The position numbers and the translations under genes were made by a program. Below are positions 31,101 to 38,819 of a stretch of DNA of 55,251 nt, piece by piece (within the stretch, counting starts at the first letter, position 1; every line of letters starts with the position of its first letter). The notes below the pieces were generated by a model that was given only the letters and a program-made list of their open reading frames with translations, was not told the DNA's origin and ran no database searches. This stretch comes from a bacterium (GTDB taxonomy: Bacteria > SZUA-182 > DTGQ01 > JAFGSM01), in the NCBI GenBank assembly GCA_049472335.1, contig JBLIRO010000033.1, forward strand, positions 1 to 55,251, given 5' to 3'.

Positions 31101-34100
31101 CCGATATAATAGAGGGAATAATCCGAATCGCCATCTCCAGAGGAAATGACATATGGATTCGAATGGGCACAGTTTACTCTGGATTCAGTTACCTTGAACG
31201 ATTTTTTTGTCTTAGTGATCACATCCACGACAACAAGTTGCCCGTCATAATGGCAAACTCCCTTATTTACCGGATCTCCTTCACGCGGTTTATGGTTCAT
31301 GAAAGCCAGCTTATCCCCGTTTCGGGACCATCTGAGATCATTAATTGTTGAAAAATAAAACATGGGATCGTATTTCCATCCGATTGAAGGGAATTGGTGA
31401 AGAACTTCAGTGCTTCCTGAATCATCAGAGACTTTCAGGTATATATCGGCCCCCACCCTTTCAATGAATGCGAATTTATTGCCGACCGGATTAACGGCGA
31501 TTTCAATCAGGTCTGTCCTGGGATTAAATTCGATAGGCATCTCCGGCGTGAAATCACCCGATACTTTAATGGGGTCACCGGTACCAAAAACATCCAGGAT
31601 CCGGATACTGTAATTCCGGATTTCATTAGCAAAATTTACAATAATAATCTTTTGCTTATTCAGCCAATGAATACTGTGTAATAATCCGGAGATTTCTGGA
31701 AAGGTTGTTTTATTTCCCGAAATATCGATAATATTGATTTTTGAATAATAATTCCCGTCACTGTCGTAGCGATAAGTGACATAAGCAGGCCTTTTGCTGT
31801 CAGGCGACCATTTACAAAAATCTTTGACATCCCAACCCAGAGTGCTATCATTATCTTCTGTATGTATTTTCAACCTTCCGGTGCCATCCTGTTTTATGAT
31901 CCAGAGCTCATTTTCCCAGATATTGCGGTTAAACTGACAATAAATGATATAGGACCGGTCAGGTGACCAATATAATTCCTCGTCAGGGACTTCAGATTCC
32001 CAATCCAATCTCAAAATTGCCTCTCCATCCGGGGTCATGGTATATATACCGACAGGATATTCAGGCGTTTTTCTGTTTTCATCACGGATATGGAATATGA
32101 TGCCGCGCTCATCCGGAAACCATTCCCAGCTCCATTCCCATTCCCCAAAATCGGGAAGCATGCAGGTCAAATTTGTGTATAACAGAGATTCCGTACCTAT
32201 GGCATCCGTCAGGGGGGAGCGGTTGTTGTCCACAGTGACAGGAAGAGCGGCAATAATATCGTCATTTCCGTTCCGGACCTGTATCCGGTAATCACCGTCC
32301 GCGACAACCATGCCGCTATCGGTGAATCCTTCCCATTTGATATGACCGTTCGAGATGTTTTCAAGGTCGCTCCCACTGAAGGTCCTGATGACCTCTTCCT
32401 TTTTATTGATTACAACAATCCTGATTGTTTCGGTTTTTTCAAACCTGAAGAAAAACATGGTGCTGTCCTTAATACCATCTCCGTTGGGGGATATATAACG
32501 TTCTGTCAGCCATAGACCCTCATCCTGAACACCAAGGGTCCGGGAAGCAGTGTTGTTCGTCTCTTCCTGCTCCAGGATCAGGTTATCCGGGTCAACCATG
32601 ATTTTGATCCCATGGGCGCCGCTCTTTCCTCTGGTATCATAGGAAAATGTTGCTATACCTTGTGAATTGCCGAATACGGAATGAATGGATTCGGAGCCTA
32701 TCAGAATATTCCCATCATATGCCGAAACCCGGATATTTAAGGCATCCTGTTCTCCGCGATTCTGAACCATGACCCGGATGGAAACCTGATCGCCATCTCT
32801 TGGTGCGGCGGGGTAAAAGACTATGGAGTTGGTTGAAATAGTGAGGTCTGGGAGGCTGAGTATCCGAACAATTTTGAATGCAGTATTATCCTCCTCGGAA
32901 ATCTCCCGGATCTGATCTTCCGGGTCTACCCGGATATGGATGATCCTTTCCCCTGATTCTGTTATATCAGTCCAGGCCAGGCTGACTTGAGCACTGTCGC
33001 CCGGATTTAAGGCGGAGATTGTTTGTACGCCCAGGGGTGTGCCGTCCGAGCCGGGGAGGCCTTTATAAAATTGCACATCCACAAAATTTACACCGGCAAA
33101 CCCTTCATTCCTGATAAGGGCTTTTATGGACAGACTTCCGGACTCGAATGCAGGATCAGGGGTGAACACTATGTCCTGATGGGATATAGTCAGATTTGGT
33201 CCTGTAGCTTTGTTGACAGTTATGGGTATGGATAGATCATTGTTCCCTTCGGCAATCTCATCAAAGTTATTTGCCGGGTCCACTTGCGCAAACAGTGTAA
33301 GATTCCCTGCTATATTCGCCTGCCATCCGATTTCCTGATTAATGGAAGCACCGGCCGGGATATTGACACTGATTGTCGCCATATCCACTGTTTCACCATT
33401 TATATCAGCATAGAATCTTAAGGGCACATTATATGCGTCCGTTGCCCCACAGTTGCTCACATAAACGGAGATGGTAGTGTTTTGAAACATTTCAATGGGA
33501 TCCGGAGAGACAGATATTCGGAGAATATGGAAATCATATGTTGCCTCAGGATAAAGGACACTGATCGCCATATTGTTAGATTTTGTGGATTCTTTAACAA
33601 GCCCTTCCGGATCAATCACCACAAAAAACCGGTGTGAATTTCCATCTGTAATGGTTATTGCAAAGGTCAGAGTGGTGGAGGAGTTGCCCGCCAGGGTAAT
33701 TGTCCATTCCCCTGATTTATTTGCTTCCAAAATGTTCCCATCGTAAAGGGCCACCTTTGCCTCCGGCACACCAGTCCTCCCCAGGTTCCATATCTTGACA
33801 TTCACAGTCACATCCATTGGCAGGCTTGTGACCGATGCCGGTGTGAATACTATGTCACTGGTATGAACGGACAGATCAGGATCAATGCTTGCTCTGAGTA
33901 TGGCTCTGACAGCGAGTGCGGTCTGGTAAGCACTTTTATTCCAACTCCCATCCTTAGACTGTAATCCCAGTAGATAAACCAGGGCATTGCCAGTGATTTC
34001 GGATGATGTATTGAATTCTTTAAGCAGCAGGATCAACATGGCCGTGTCATACACGGTGCTCGCGCTGCTGCCAAAACCCCCGTCAGGGTTCTGATTTCCA

Positions 34101-35800
34101 ATGAGCCACGCAATCCCGTTTTGTATAGTGACGTCTAATGCATCTCTCTCCCTATAGGTATTAAAGGCAGAAAGCACATTTCTTGTGGCCAGGATTGTGC
34201 TTCCCTGTCCGTTGCCACCCCATCCGCCATCAGGATTCTGCTTGGATTTCAGATATTCAATGGCAGGCTCAATGATGTCTTCTGCAGAACATCCGGATAA
34301 TATAAGGGCTTTCAGTGCAAATGCTGTATCCGTTGGATTGCTCACATAATGTTCATTACTCCCCCAGCCTCCATCCGGGTTTTGTCTTGAACACATCTCT
34401 TCGGTCAGTGACGCGAAAAAATGGCCTGAGAGGGAAAGGGCTTCAATCTTCCTTGAAAGATAATCCGTATTTAACGAAGATGCGTCAACTAACCATTTAA
34501 TACCGGATGAAACACACTGTTCAGCAATCCGGAAATCCTTCAGTGTAGCTACGGCCTCTGCGGTATCCCTTGCGGTGGTGTACGCTGTGTCTTTCCAACT
34601 GCCATCCTCCTGCTGGCTATTCATCAACCAGGCTATTCCGTCTTCTATGGAAGGTTCCTCCATCTTTTCATAAATTATTGGAAAGGTCCCCGGGTTTGCC
34701 GGAATATCCTCAAGTGGATTTGCATCAAAATGGACCAGGGCCTTTGCACCTGTGAGGCCGGAAACCCATATAATCCAGTGCTTCATGATCGTTCTTATGC
34801 CGAAGAGTTCGTCCCCAGTGAATGTACCCGGTCTTGTGACAAGGATGCAACCGAACCTGAAGTCTTTCTGTGATTCCTCAACACCAGGGATTCTTTCGCC
34901 CTCAACCCTTATGATGTCGTCGATGATGATGTATTGCGGTGTTCCTTCTATGGTGACTTCAGGTTCAGGCAGCCTTCCGGGATCTATATCCTGATTTTTG
35001 ATCAAAAGCATCGGAGAGACCCCGGATCTATCCGTCAATCCCATAAGATAAAGATCGAGAGGACTGTAATATTTAAATCCGGGAAGGGAGGTAAATGTCC
35101 CGTCCTTATTATCCTGCCACCGGTTCCCATATAAAAGGGAGCCGGAGGTGTCCAGCAGAAAACTCCAGTGGGAGTCTGCCTTTCCTATGAGATCAGTATG
35201 AACAGGCCCGCCTTCTTTTTGAAATCCAACATGGGCGGCCCAGCGGTGAAGGAACTCATGGCTGAGCACTGCCATAGTCAATTCAAAACCGGGGGAAAGA
35301 GGGTCGGATACGATATTTTCGATATTGCCCATGTCAATGATCCCCTGAAGCTTCCCATCGCTTCCGAAGAGTTGGGAATTGTCATAGATCTCCATGCCGA
35401 TTCCACTAACGTCGTTCCTTACCCCGGTAAAAAATGCCGCTGCTTCATGATCGAGCATAAGAAAGTCAAAGTTTGAAAAAACCACAAGTATGTCATGTTC
35501 ATCAGGGTGTGTCTTGAAAAATTCCTTTGCAATGGCCTGTCTTGGTTCATAGTAAAAGTCACCATCAGCGGTTTCCGCATCATAACTCCCCTCAACTTCC
35601 ATGATTGTTATATCAGGATAGCTTTCAATTGTTGTCGCCATAAAAACCCGGGCAGAAGTGATCCCTGTGCTAAGGAGGAAGGAAAAAATCAGAGAAAAAA
35701 GGCAGAGAGTTAAAGGAATATTCAGAATCGGATAAGGTAATTCTGTTTTGTCAGTATTATTTCTATTCACCGGTCCAGTTGTGATTGTCTGATCAATCAC
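22157..35800 (-). CDS. Giant secreted multidomain protein: HExxH metallopeptidase-like domain, QW/prenyltransferase-like repeats, CARDB, FlgD-Ig, PD40 propeller, Ig/Fn3 repeats, discoidin-like domain
   Basis: Hydrophobic N-terminal signal, SHEFLHRW, five Q-x-x-DG(S/G)(W/F) repeats, CARDB signatures (PDL.I...DI.F.P ... VDP.N.I.E..E.NN), SPNGDGIKD and SPNSDGIED, WSPD repeats, DNTPP Ig junctions, W...TE.DLAG(F/Y)N.YR Fn3 motifs. 4547 aa uninterrupted. Confidence 0.85.
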   Translation of the reverse strand: MIDQTITTGPVNRNNTDKTELPYPILNIPLTLCLFSLIFSFLLSTGITSARVFMATTIESYPDITIMEVEGSYDAETADGDFYYEPRQAIAKEFFKTHPDEHDILVVFSNFDFLMLDHEAAAFFTGVRNDVSGIGMEIYDNSQLFGSDGKLQGIIDMGNIENIVSDPLSPGFELTMAVLSHEFLHRWAAHVGFQKEGGPVHTDLIGKADSHWSFLLDTSGSLLYGNRWQDNKDGTFTSLPGFKYYSPLDLYLMGLTDRSGVSPMLLIKNQDIDPGRLPEPEVTIEGTPQYIIIDDIIRVEGERIPGVEESQKDFRFGCILVTRPGTFTGDELFGIRTIMKHWIIWVSGLTGAKALVHFDANPLEDIPANPGTFPIIYEKMEEPSIEDGIAWLMNSQQEDGSWKDTAYTTARDTAEAVATLKDFRIAEQCVSSGIKWLVDASSLNTDYLSRKIEALSLSGHFFASLTEEMCSRQNPDGGWGSNEHYVSNPTDTAFALKALILSGCSAEDIIEPAIEYLKSKQNPDGGWGGNGQGSTILATRNVLSAFNTYRERDALDVTIQNGIAWLIGNQNPDGGFGSSASTVYDTAMLILLLKEFNTSSEITGNALVYLLGLQSKDGSWNKSAYQTALAVRAILRASIDPDLSVHTSDIVFTPASVTSLPMDVTVNVKIWNLGRTGVPEAKVALYDGNILEANKSGEWTITLAGNSSTTLTFAITITDGNSHRFFVVIDPEGLVKESTKSNNMAISVLYPEATYDFHILRISVSPDPIEMFQNTTISVYVSNCGATDAYNVPLRFYADINGETVDMATISVNIPAGASINQEIGWQANIAGNLTLFAQVDPANNFDEIAEGNNDLSIPITVNKATGPNLTISHQDIVFTPDPAFESGSLSIKALIRNEGFAGVNFVDVQFYKGLPGSDGTPLGVQTISALNPGDSAQVSLAWTDITESGERIIHIRVDPEDQIREISEEDNTAFKIVRILSLPDLTISTNSIVFYPAAPRDGDQVSIRVMVQNRGEQDALNIRVSAYDGNILIGSESIHSVFGNSQGIATFSYDTRGKSGAHGIKIMVDPDNLILEQEETNNTASRTLGVQDEGLWLTERYISPNGDGIKDSTMFFFRFEKTETIRIVVINKKEEVIRTFSGSDLENISNGHIKWEGFTDSGMVVADGDYRIQVRNGNDDIIAALPVTVDNNRSPLTDAIGTESLLYTNLTCMLPDFGEWEWSWEWFPDERGIIFHIRDENRKTPEYPVGIYTMTPDGEAILRLDWESEVPDEELYWSPDRSYIIYCQFNRNIWENELWIIKQDGTGRLKIHTEDNDSTLGWDVKDFCKWSPDSKRPAYVTYRYDSDGNYYSKINIIDISGNKTTFPEISGLLHSIHWLNKQKIIIVNFANEIRNYSIRILDVFGTGDPIKVSGDFTPEMPIEFNPRTDLIEIAVNPVGNKFAFIERVGADIYLKVSDDSGSTEVLHQFPSIGWKYDPMFYFSTINDLRWSRNGDKLAFMNHKPREGDPVNKGVCHYDGQLVVVDVITKTKKSFKVTESRVNCAHSNPYVISSGDGDSDYSLYYIGSLSWLDDDMTLTGLDAQGMFFINSENGDRKDLPVKITRNTDARVSPFGRYITYLEPVDPESVCYGRGTRDMWELSSLLNLASDLNVTKNRSEVVLRGTATDLNFATYILEYADTKTPGIWNPVGPPSEVPVVDDFFAIWVPPHKGTFIVRLTVFDLAGNMAWDRKQVSWGLSSGIAGLFKTGDMFSPNSDGIEDTVELHYRVLEPVHLGLYIYDENERLVKTFLMDHPDPGAYHITWDGTDENCTVVPDGPYNMKILDYEFFFIVDNSPPETELYLSEIGFEGCKISAQLLGRAEDDHLKGWIAEYGEGENPREWHEFISGAGPLVNPEGDLSRIYNFKELLEFIVGKKFRITARDFAGNCSTNVTEYQEEILILHSWEIPDAPEDYRWLCIPLQKNSQGEIEAKEAIPLDYAMPGLHHMKGFESIRLPIRSMNVQYLHDTQWIDAPEIMNPPSGVIILEWDNSCLAPEEFDAVRIKAVDVTDRIYYSNSIPIDILLKIYPDCDPSEYYAVQMLTEDLSSLRFLIISEEGDETNPVWKVYKEYNIYLGDEIPAGKIYPFPLPPDLSEGVSYDLKMDAVTVTGKVYQSLAVPYPLDCLSLKLEVEYVEALDCESLAMGRAELSTVIGNFEKYDPDRGGIILKTLSYYLNEPDEPFLLREFDLISVDWKDAKVELDTSIMMEGNYLAKAILEYVSDNGLKYMEADSALVVDRRLPQAAITFPAAGMPVCPVEKGDPEHGSWYGIHAEGLAQDNHQVKSYDLYYGFGQDPAAWHMAETRKGNNDSKDKISGEGPVQGTIGIWDVTGLQGTIYSLMLKVTDMAGNTGCAYTTFTIDRQIDSFPIDSTMPMISLLSPENNEFCGSDRDVVVVTARIEQGNPETWTLRYGPAENPDQWYDLVSINSIPAGQQIYTTGEEIFAWEVGKDNGQPIPDGVYTLSLLVKDLAGREAEAMAWIIIDNTPPVVELTAPGEGSYIKGATDILGTAFDHNLREYIVEISKGDCSNAFKWAPIKTSVVSVADGALAIWKALPADGGYCLRVTATDKVGNFVEERVNLVVDIHPPAAPSLSGEIINRRDARLTWTESTEPDLAGFNVYRNNQKRNTDLLIHANYLDPNLIEGSYSYMVRAVDNAGGESDPSNEITLKIDAAGPEAKILSPKDGSVVRDLVDIKGTAFSENDFRHYQIYIGQGAAPADWTLIQISTLPVSYGTLAQWDTLGFSEGACSIKLEAQALTGAVSLHRVVVSVDNTPPEAPELLSATVFGPDVTLVWQANTSDSDLAGYLLYRNHETANAKGAVTGSLKACLITDSSYDDKDLPDGAFTYYIVAMDEAGNISAPSKSCEVTIDTHAPQAYIVEPEDGDRFENRLIIRVESRDMDITRIQFQYNVNGSIWTDLGAAVASRPFVAYLDPDDLGLVYDDVCQLRAIATDQGGRKDSSPRTIQVFYDNIIPPDSPVGLWAFCHGNIVNLYWTANTEEDFAGYNIYKILKGIRTHIDSAIDPNYQDIISEAGEYAYEVTAFDAFGNESGPSDPALIRIYAPIITQPYTPTAQSHIHVAGSQAAADALVEVSIDTNAGEGLRINAYADAKGHFFFDANLVLGENFITATATDVAGNVSRLSSPVMVVYSEPPEAPAGFAAIVDHLHVTLTWEPNKEANLSGYYLYRDGKKLNSPSQVTSGAASASFNTESSGNAFDSDPTTLWAAYNPGPFIPAWWEIKLVSEVLINRVEIDWGDNFSELFAARDFEILVWSGYAWITLEKVTGNSEKINVFEFKPSYRTNRIRVHITDTSDPRYEKLVQIAEVRIQHENLITREYYTDANLPDGKYNYHVTAVDYYGFESLSSEETGVAVGDAEPPADITIGLPDDMPEETGDESTAGGGDPNLPDLEIISDDIFIYPSMPVSGEDVSISVIVCNQGPAGAENVDADLFIWDSGGKMETVLSETIPYIGPYSFDLLSFNWDTTAKTGENNLIVILDPSDTIKEIFEENNLATKTFYVAGEEGMELATSLYTDQYHIDEDIEIGIEIHNSGMGRDIVLDVQVEDENGAMVSAFDPVCTYLLYASMEDYHLTWNTGLSYAGTYSIRSIVRDGIEVLAEDTVSFDILPVIDVYALVTMDKSRYGPNEDVLVTARIRNNSQNYNIPELNVKIGITDSKNNNLFDEDHYILDLLAGASGRLNTSWNTALYAPGEYVVFLDCLLDDHVISSSSSSFAIDSEAILTGIVIASPPLVHLGNLIYVAYTVSMSGNNSVKDLRVKVNVLDPETLIIMSTDEKVIDLGLNETYTGEFVFSTEGYGLKNYRISLYAEHQGKWKDIASTSCTVKDGTPPLVQIISPVSGSVIDGILDLSVIAKDNASGIKSVEYQLDDGIWQPLPASDSSTGMYAISWTAATEDKGPHTISFRATDRAGNMSGPVCTDILIEFKSLLEKLTGSITAQLNPVYMGQEETFVFSITNGSRKPVIGLLATILVMDPNNQEIKIALEKTIDVPLEATVTDSFDMSTDNLLPQAYVAVLRIALAGEMDSKVLDSTIFEVKPSLEATKVIADPINLLIWVNNEYQRKDDQPGSEFLGFRGKDLSDAEQDHKWVIEREIDFDLLEGILTEAVSSYTFVYLQQDFEKELRNPYYTDMLILGDHRSPGQETSCELREKIHSGTGIISSLWYKDFIVLSDDCQRKNSIFGIKFKGHLSLQDNEVKTMESPITGEGAFKTEGKVKKVEALEGTFVAGQIYGEKPKHVKDKGYPAIVLNEYGLGKTIYLAFDLGLTIDDSNYEQIAELLKNAIIYIHRSEDKSVFHPYHLAPLELRIKSLWGSLDVQATETFPREINIYDPAAAEWITESPWIITMHLNPDETMTVPFYALTPDVPGSYVLDTEIGFMSNGAYVFFRDLDSEILIDTDTAILIADIVTRLNSFSLNQKEMKKIKQVVNFLDNIQERDILTKKDISRNIHDTLRSIDALNMIDGVDTIEIRLMIDKLLRIEQGMYYFFGLSK

Positions 35801-35933
35801 TTTCGAATAAGGAGTGTAAGGAGGGATATGAGAAGTATTGAAACCATGAAAGGAAATCTTATTGTTCCCACTTCCTCCCTTTTAAAAGCGATAAGATAAA
35901 GGACAATAAAACCTGACCATATAATGCCAGTTT

Positions 35934-35963
35934 AATATAATCGATTAAGATACATGATGTCAA
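35934..35963 (-). promoter_or_regulatory. Possible sigma70 promoter for the giant-protein/RHS operon
   Basis: Minus strand TTGACA (35963-35958), 18-bp spacer, TATATT (35939-35934). Confidence 0.45.
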
Positions 35964-35997
35964 ACTTGTTGAACTTGTAAAAAGAATTCATAAAGAG

Positions 35998-36183
35998 TCA
36001 TTTCAAAGCACATTCATTTAAGGAAATTGCAGAAATATATAAATGGTATTCTCCTCTTTCAACTCCTTGAAGTATTGCCACTCCCCTTTTTGCCGATTTT
36101 TCCCGTTTTGGGAAAATGCTGAATAGTGGATCTTCATACTCAATCAAAGAGATTATGTTTACAATATGCAGAGTATTGAACAA
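35998..36183 (-). pseudogene. Possible PIN/VapC-like gene remnant
   Basis: AILQGVERGEYHLYISAISLNE resembles the helix-strand-S..(T/S)L.E segment of PIN domains. It stops immediately afterwards and lacks a clear N-terminal Asp motif. Confidence 0.3.
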
Positions 36184-36218
36184 AGGTAGCAGCAGAAGGC
36201 GATGTATTAATAAAATTT

Positions 36219-38489
36219 TTAGAAATTAGAATAATACCGATACCAATTTGAATTCTGTCTTTCCAAATAAAGTGGCAGGTAGAAATGACTCCATAACAAC
36301 TGGTATTGCGACCCCGTAGGGGAAACAGGCATATAAGCTGGCATATAATAAGGATAGGAATAATACTGATACCAATTTGCTCTCTGGCTATCCAAATAAT
36401 ATCCAAGGAATGAATGTGTCCATAACATTTGGTATTGCGACATAGTGGGCATAACAGGCCTATAATAGGAATAATATAGAGGGAAATATTTCTCTTTTTC
36501 AGCATCAGGCGATTCAATCCTGAAGGCATTGTTGAGTATAACATGTTCACCATCCGGATTGGTTACATGCAGGTTATAAGTACCGACTCGGAAGCCTGCA
36601 GGGATAGTGGCTTTAATCGTATTTGAATCTTTGTATTCTATATTTGCAATTGATGTAAATGTATCTATCACATGAAACCTGGCCCCGGAATCACCCATAT
36701 AGGCATAAGCGCCTGATACATGGATACAACTGACAGAGCCTGGCATATCGCATGAACCCACAATGGATGGAGTGCCGGGACTGTTGATGTCTATCACCTG
36801 TAACCCTGAATCCATATCTGCCACATAGGCATATCCGCCTGATATATAGATGCCATTGGCAGATCCTGGTGTGTCGCATGAGCCCACTATATATGGAGTG
36901 CTGGGGCTGCTGATGTCTATCACCTGTAACCCTGAGGACCAATCAGCCACATAGGCATAGGCACCTGATACATGGACGTCATTAGCAGATACAGGTGTAT
37001 CGCATGAGCCCACAATGGATGGGAAACCAGGGCTGCTGATGTCTATCACCTGTAACCCTGAGGACCAATCAGCCACATAGGCATATCCGTCTGATACATA
37101 TATGCCCTCGGCTCTATCCGGCGTATCGCATGAGCCCACAATGAATGGATCGATGGGAGTGCTTATGTCTATCACCTGTAACCCTGAGGACCTGTCGGCC
37201 ACATAAGCATATGCGCCTGATACATAGATGCCATCGGCATAGCCTGGCGTATCGCATAAGCCCACAATGGATGGGGTACCGGGACTGCTTATGTCTATCA
37301 CCTGGAGACCTGAGCCCACATTAGCCACATAGGCATATGTACCTGATACAGAGATGCCATAGGAAAAGCTTGGTGTATGGCATGAACCTACTAATGATGG
37401 AGTACTGGGACTGCTTATGTCTATCACGTGGAGGCCTGAGTGCCAATCAGCCACATAGGCATATCCGCCTGATACATGGATGCCATAGGAAAAGTTTGGC
37501 GTATCACATGTGTCTACTATGTTTGGAGCGATGGGACTACTGATGTCTATTACCTGTAACCCTGAGTCCATATCAGCCACATAGGCATATCCCCCTGATA
37601 CATAGATGCCATAGGCAGATCCTGGTGTATCACATGTGCCTACTATGTTTGGAGTGCCGGGACTGCTGATGTCTATCACCTGTAACCCTGAGCTCTCATC
37701 AGCCACATATGCATATGCGCCTGATACATGGATGCCATCGGCTTCGTCCGGCGTATCGCATGTGCCTACTATGAATGGATTGCTGGGACTGCTGATGTCT
37801 ATCACCTGTAACCCTGAGTCCATATCAGCCACATAGGCATATCCCCCTGATACATGGATGCCATAGGCAGATCCTGGCGTATCGCATGCGCCTACTATGT
37901 TTGGAGCGCTGGGACTGCTGATGTTTATCACTTGTAACCCTGAGTCCATATCTGCCACATAGGCATATCCGCCTGATACATGGATGCCATAGGCTTCGTC
38001 CGGTGTATCGCATGAGCCTGCTATGTATGAAGCGCTGGGGTTGCTGATGTCTATCACCTGCAGACCTGAGCTCCCATCTGCCACATAGGCATATCCGCCT
38101 GATACATGGATGTCATAGGCCTCCCCTGGTGTATCGCATATGCCGTAAATAGTTGGAGTTCCGGGATTGCTGATGTCTATAATCTGTAAGCCTGTGCCCC
38201 CATCGGCCACATAGGCAAATGCACCCGAGACATAGACGTTCCAGGTTTCGCCTGGCGTATCGTATGAACCTTTTATATATGGTCCCCCTCCATACAGAGC
38301 AGCTTTGGGCGTAGGATCAAAACCCGATCCTTTAATTGTTACTTTTGTTGAATAAATGTTGCTTCCTGTCTGAGGGGTAATAGAGTCAATCTCCAGAGAC
38401 GTTGCTTTTAAAATGGTAGGAAAATTTAAAATAAAGAAACTAAGAAATATTAAAATTAAACATCCTATAAAACAGCCCTTTTTTGTCAT
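36219..38489 (-). CDS. Secreted LVIVD-repeat beta-propeller protein with a split IPT/TIG-like domain and Tyr-rich tail
   Basis: Signal peptide and 13 repeats of AYVAD..SGLQVIDIS. IDSITP..G....VTIKGSGF precedes the repeats and GTYNLHVTNPDG follows them. Confidence 0.9.
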   Translation of the reverse strand: MTKKGCFIGCLILIFLSFFILNFPTILKATSLEIDSITPQTGSNIYSTKVTIKGSGFDPTPKAALYGGGPYIKGSYDTPGETWNVYVSGAFAYVADGGTGLQIIDISNPGTPTIYGICDTPGEAYDIHVSGGYAYVADGSSGLQVIDISNPSASYIAGSCDTPDEAYGIHVSGGYAYVADMDSGLQVINISSPSAPNIVGACDTPGSAYGIHVSGGYAYVADMDSGLQVIDISSPSNPFIVGTCDTPDEADGIHVSGAYAYVADESSGLQVIDISSPGTPNIVGTCDTPGSAYGIYVSGGYAYVADMDSGLQVIDISSPIAPNIVDTCDTPNFSYGIHVSGGYAYVADWHSGLHVIDISSPSTPSLVGSCHTPSFSYGISVSGTYAYVANVGSGLQVIDISSPGTPSIVGLCDTPGYADGIYVSGAYAYVADRSSGLQVIDISTPIDPFIVGSCDTPDRAEGIYVSDGYAYVADWSSGLQVIDISSPGFPSIVGSCDTPVSANDVHVSGAYAYVADWSSGLQVIDISSPSTPYIVGSCDTPGSANGIYISGGYAYVADMDSGLQVIDINSPGTPSIVGSCDMPGSVSCIHVSGAYAYMGDSGARFHVIDTFTSIANIEYKDSNTIKATIPAGFRVGTYNLHVTNPDGEHVILNNAFRIESPDAEKEKYFPLYYSYYRPVMPTMSQYQMLWTHSFLGYYLDSQRANWYQYYSYPYYMPAYMPVSPTGSQYQLLWSHFYLPLYLERQNSNWYRYYSNF
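36660..38280 (-). repeat. Thirteen 126-bp (42-aa) tandem LVIVD repeat units
   Basis: ccacataggcata and tgtctatcacctgtaaccctga recur with 126-nt period (e.g. 36821 and 36947). Confidence 0.9.
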
Positions 38490-38601
38490 CTTTGTACTCC
38501 ATACTCCTAAAGTTTCTATTTTAACTTATTGACTGTCTTCCAATAACTTATAAGATCCAAGCATGGACATAAGATCATTTAATTTTATTAATTATATTAA
38601 A

Positions 38602-38630
38602 ATTATAATTAGTTTTAATAATTCTGTCAA
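38602..38630 (-). promoter_or_regulatory. Consensus sigma70 promoter for the LVIVD gene
   Basis: Minus strand TTGACA (38630-38625), 17-bp spacer, TATAAT (38607-38602). The region is very AT-rich, which raises the chance-match rate. Confidence 0.7.
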
Positions 38631-38819
38631 TTTACACAATAGCATAGGATGACGGATTTATGGGTACCTTGTGAGCAAAACCCACCTAATAAGTGCAAAA
38701 AATGTTTTTATTAAAATCATTTACAATACACATAGGAAACAGTATCCTAATATTAAAGGCTGTACATCCCGAATGTATTATATTTATAATCCCTGTCAAA
38801 AATTAAGGAGAACTTAGAA

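Noticed and set aside
33880..34640. Squalene-hopene cyclase or alpha-2-macroglobulin call for the QW-repeat region
   Set aside because: No DxDD catalytic motif or CxEQ thioester motif. It is only a repeat module in a secreted multidomain protein.
35797..35871. Small hydrophobic ORF (GTG GTIRFPFMVSILLISLLTLLIRK) whose stop overlaps the giant gene's GTG
   Set aside because: Could be a coupled leader or frameshifted N-terminus, but the GGAGG is too close to its start and the giant ORF already has a signal-like segment. Unsupported.
36140..36553. 137-aa minus-strand ORF overlapping the LVIVD 3' end
   Set aside because: Alternate frame of the LVIVD tail with no motif. The main frame shows a coherent internal duplication.
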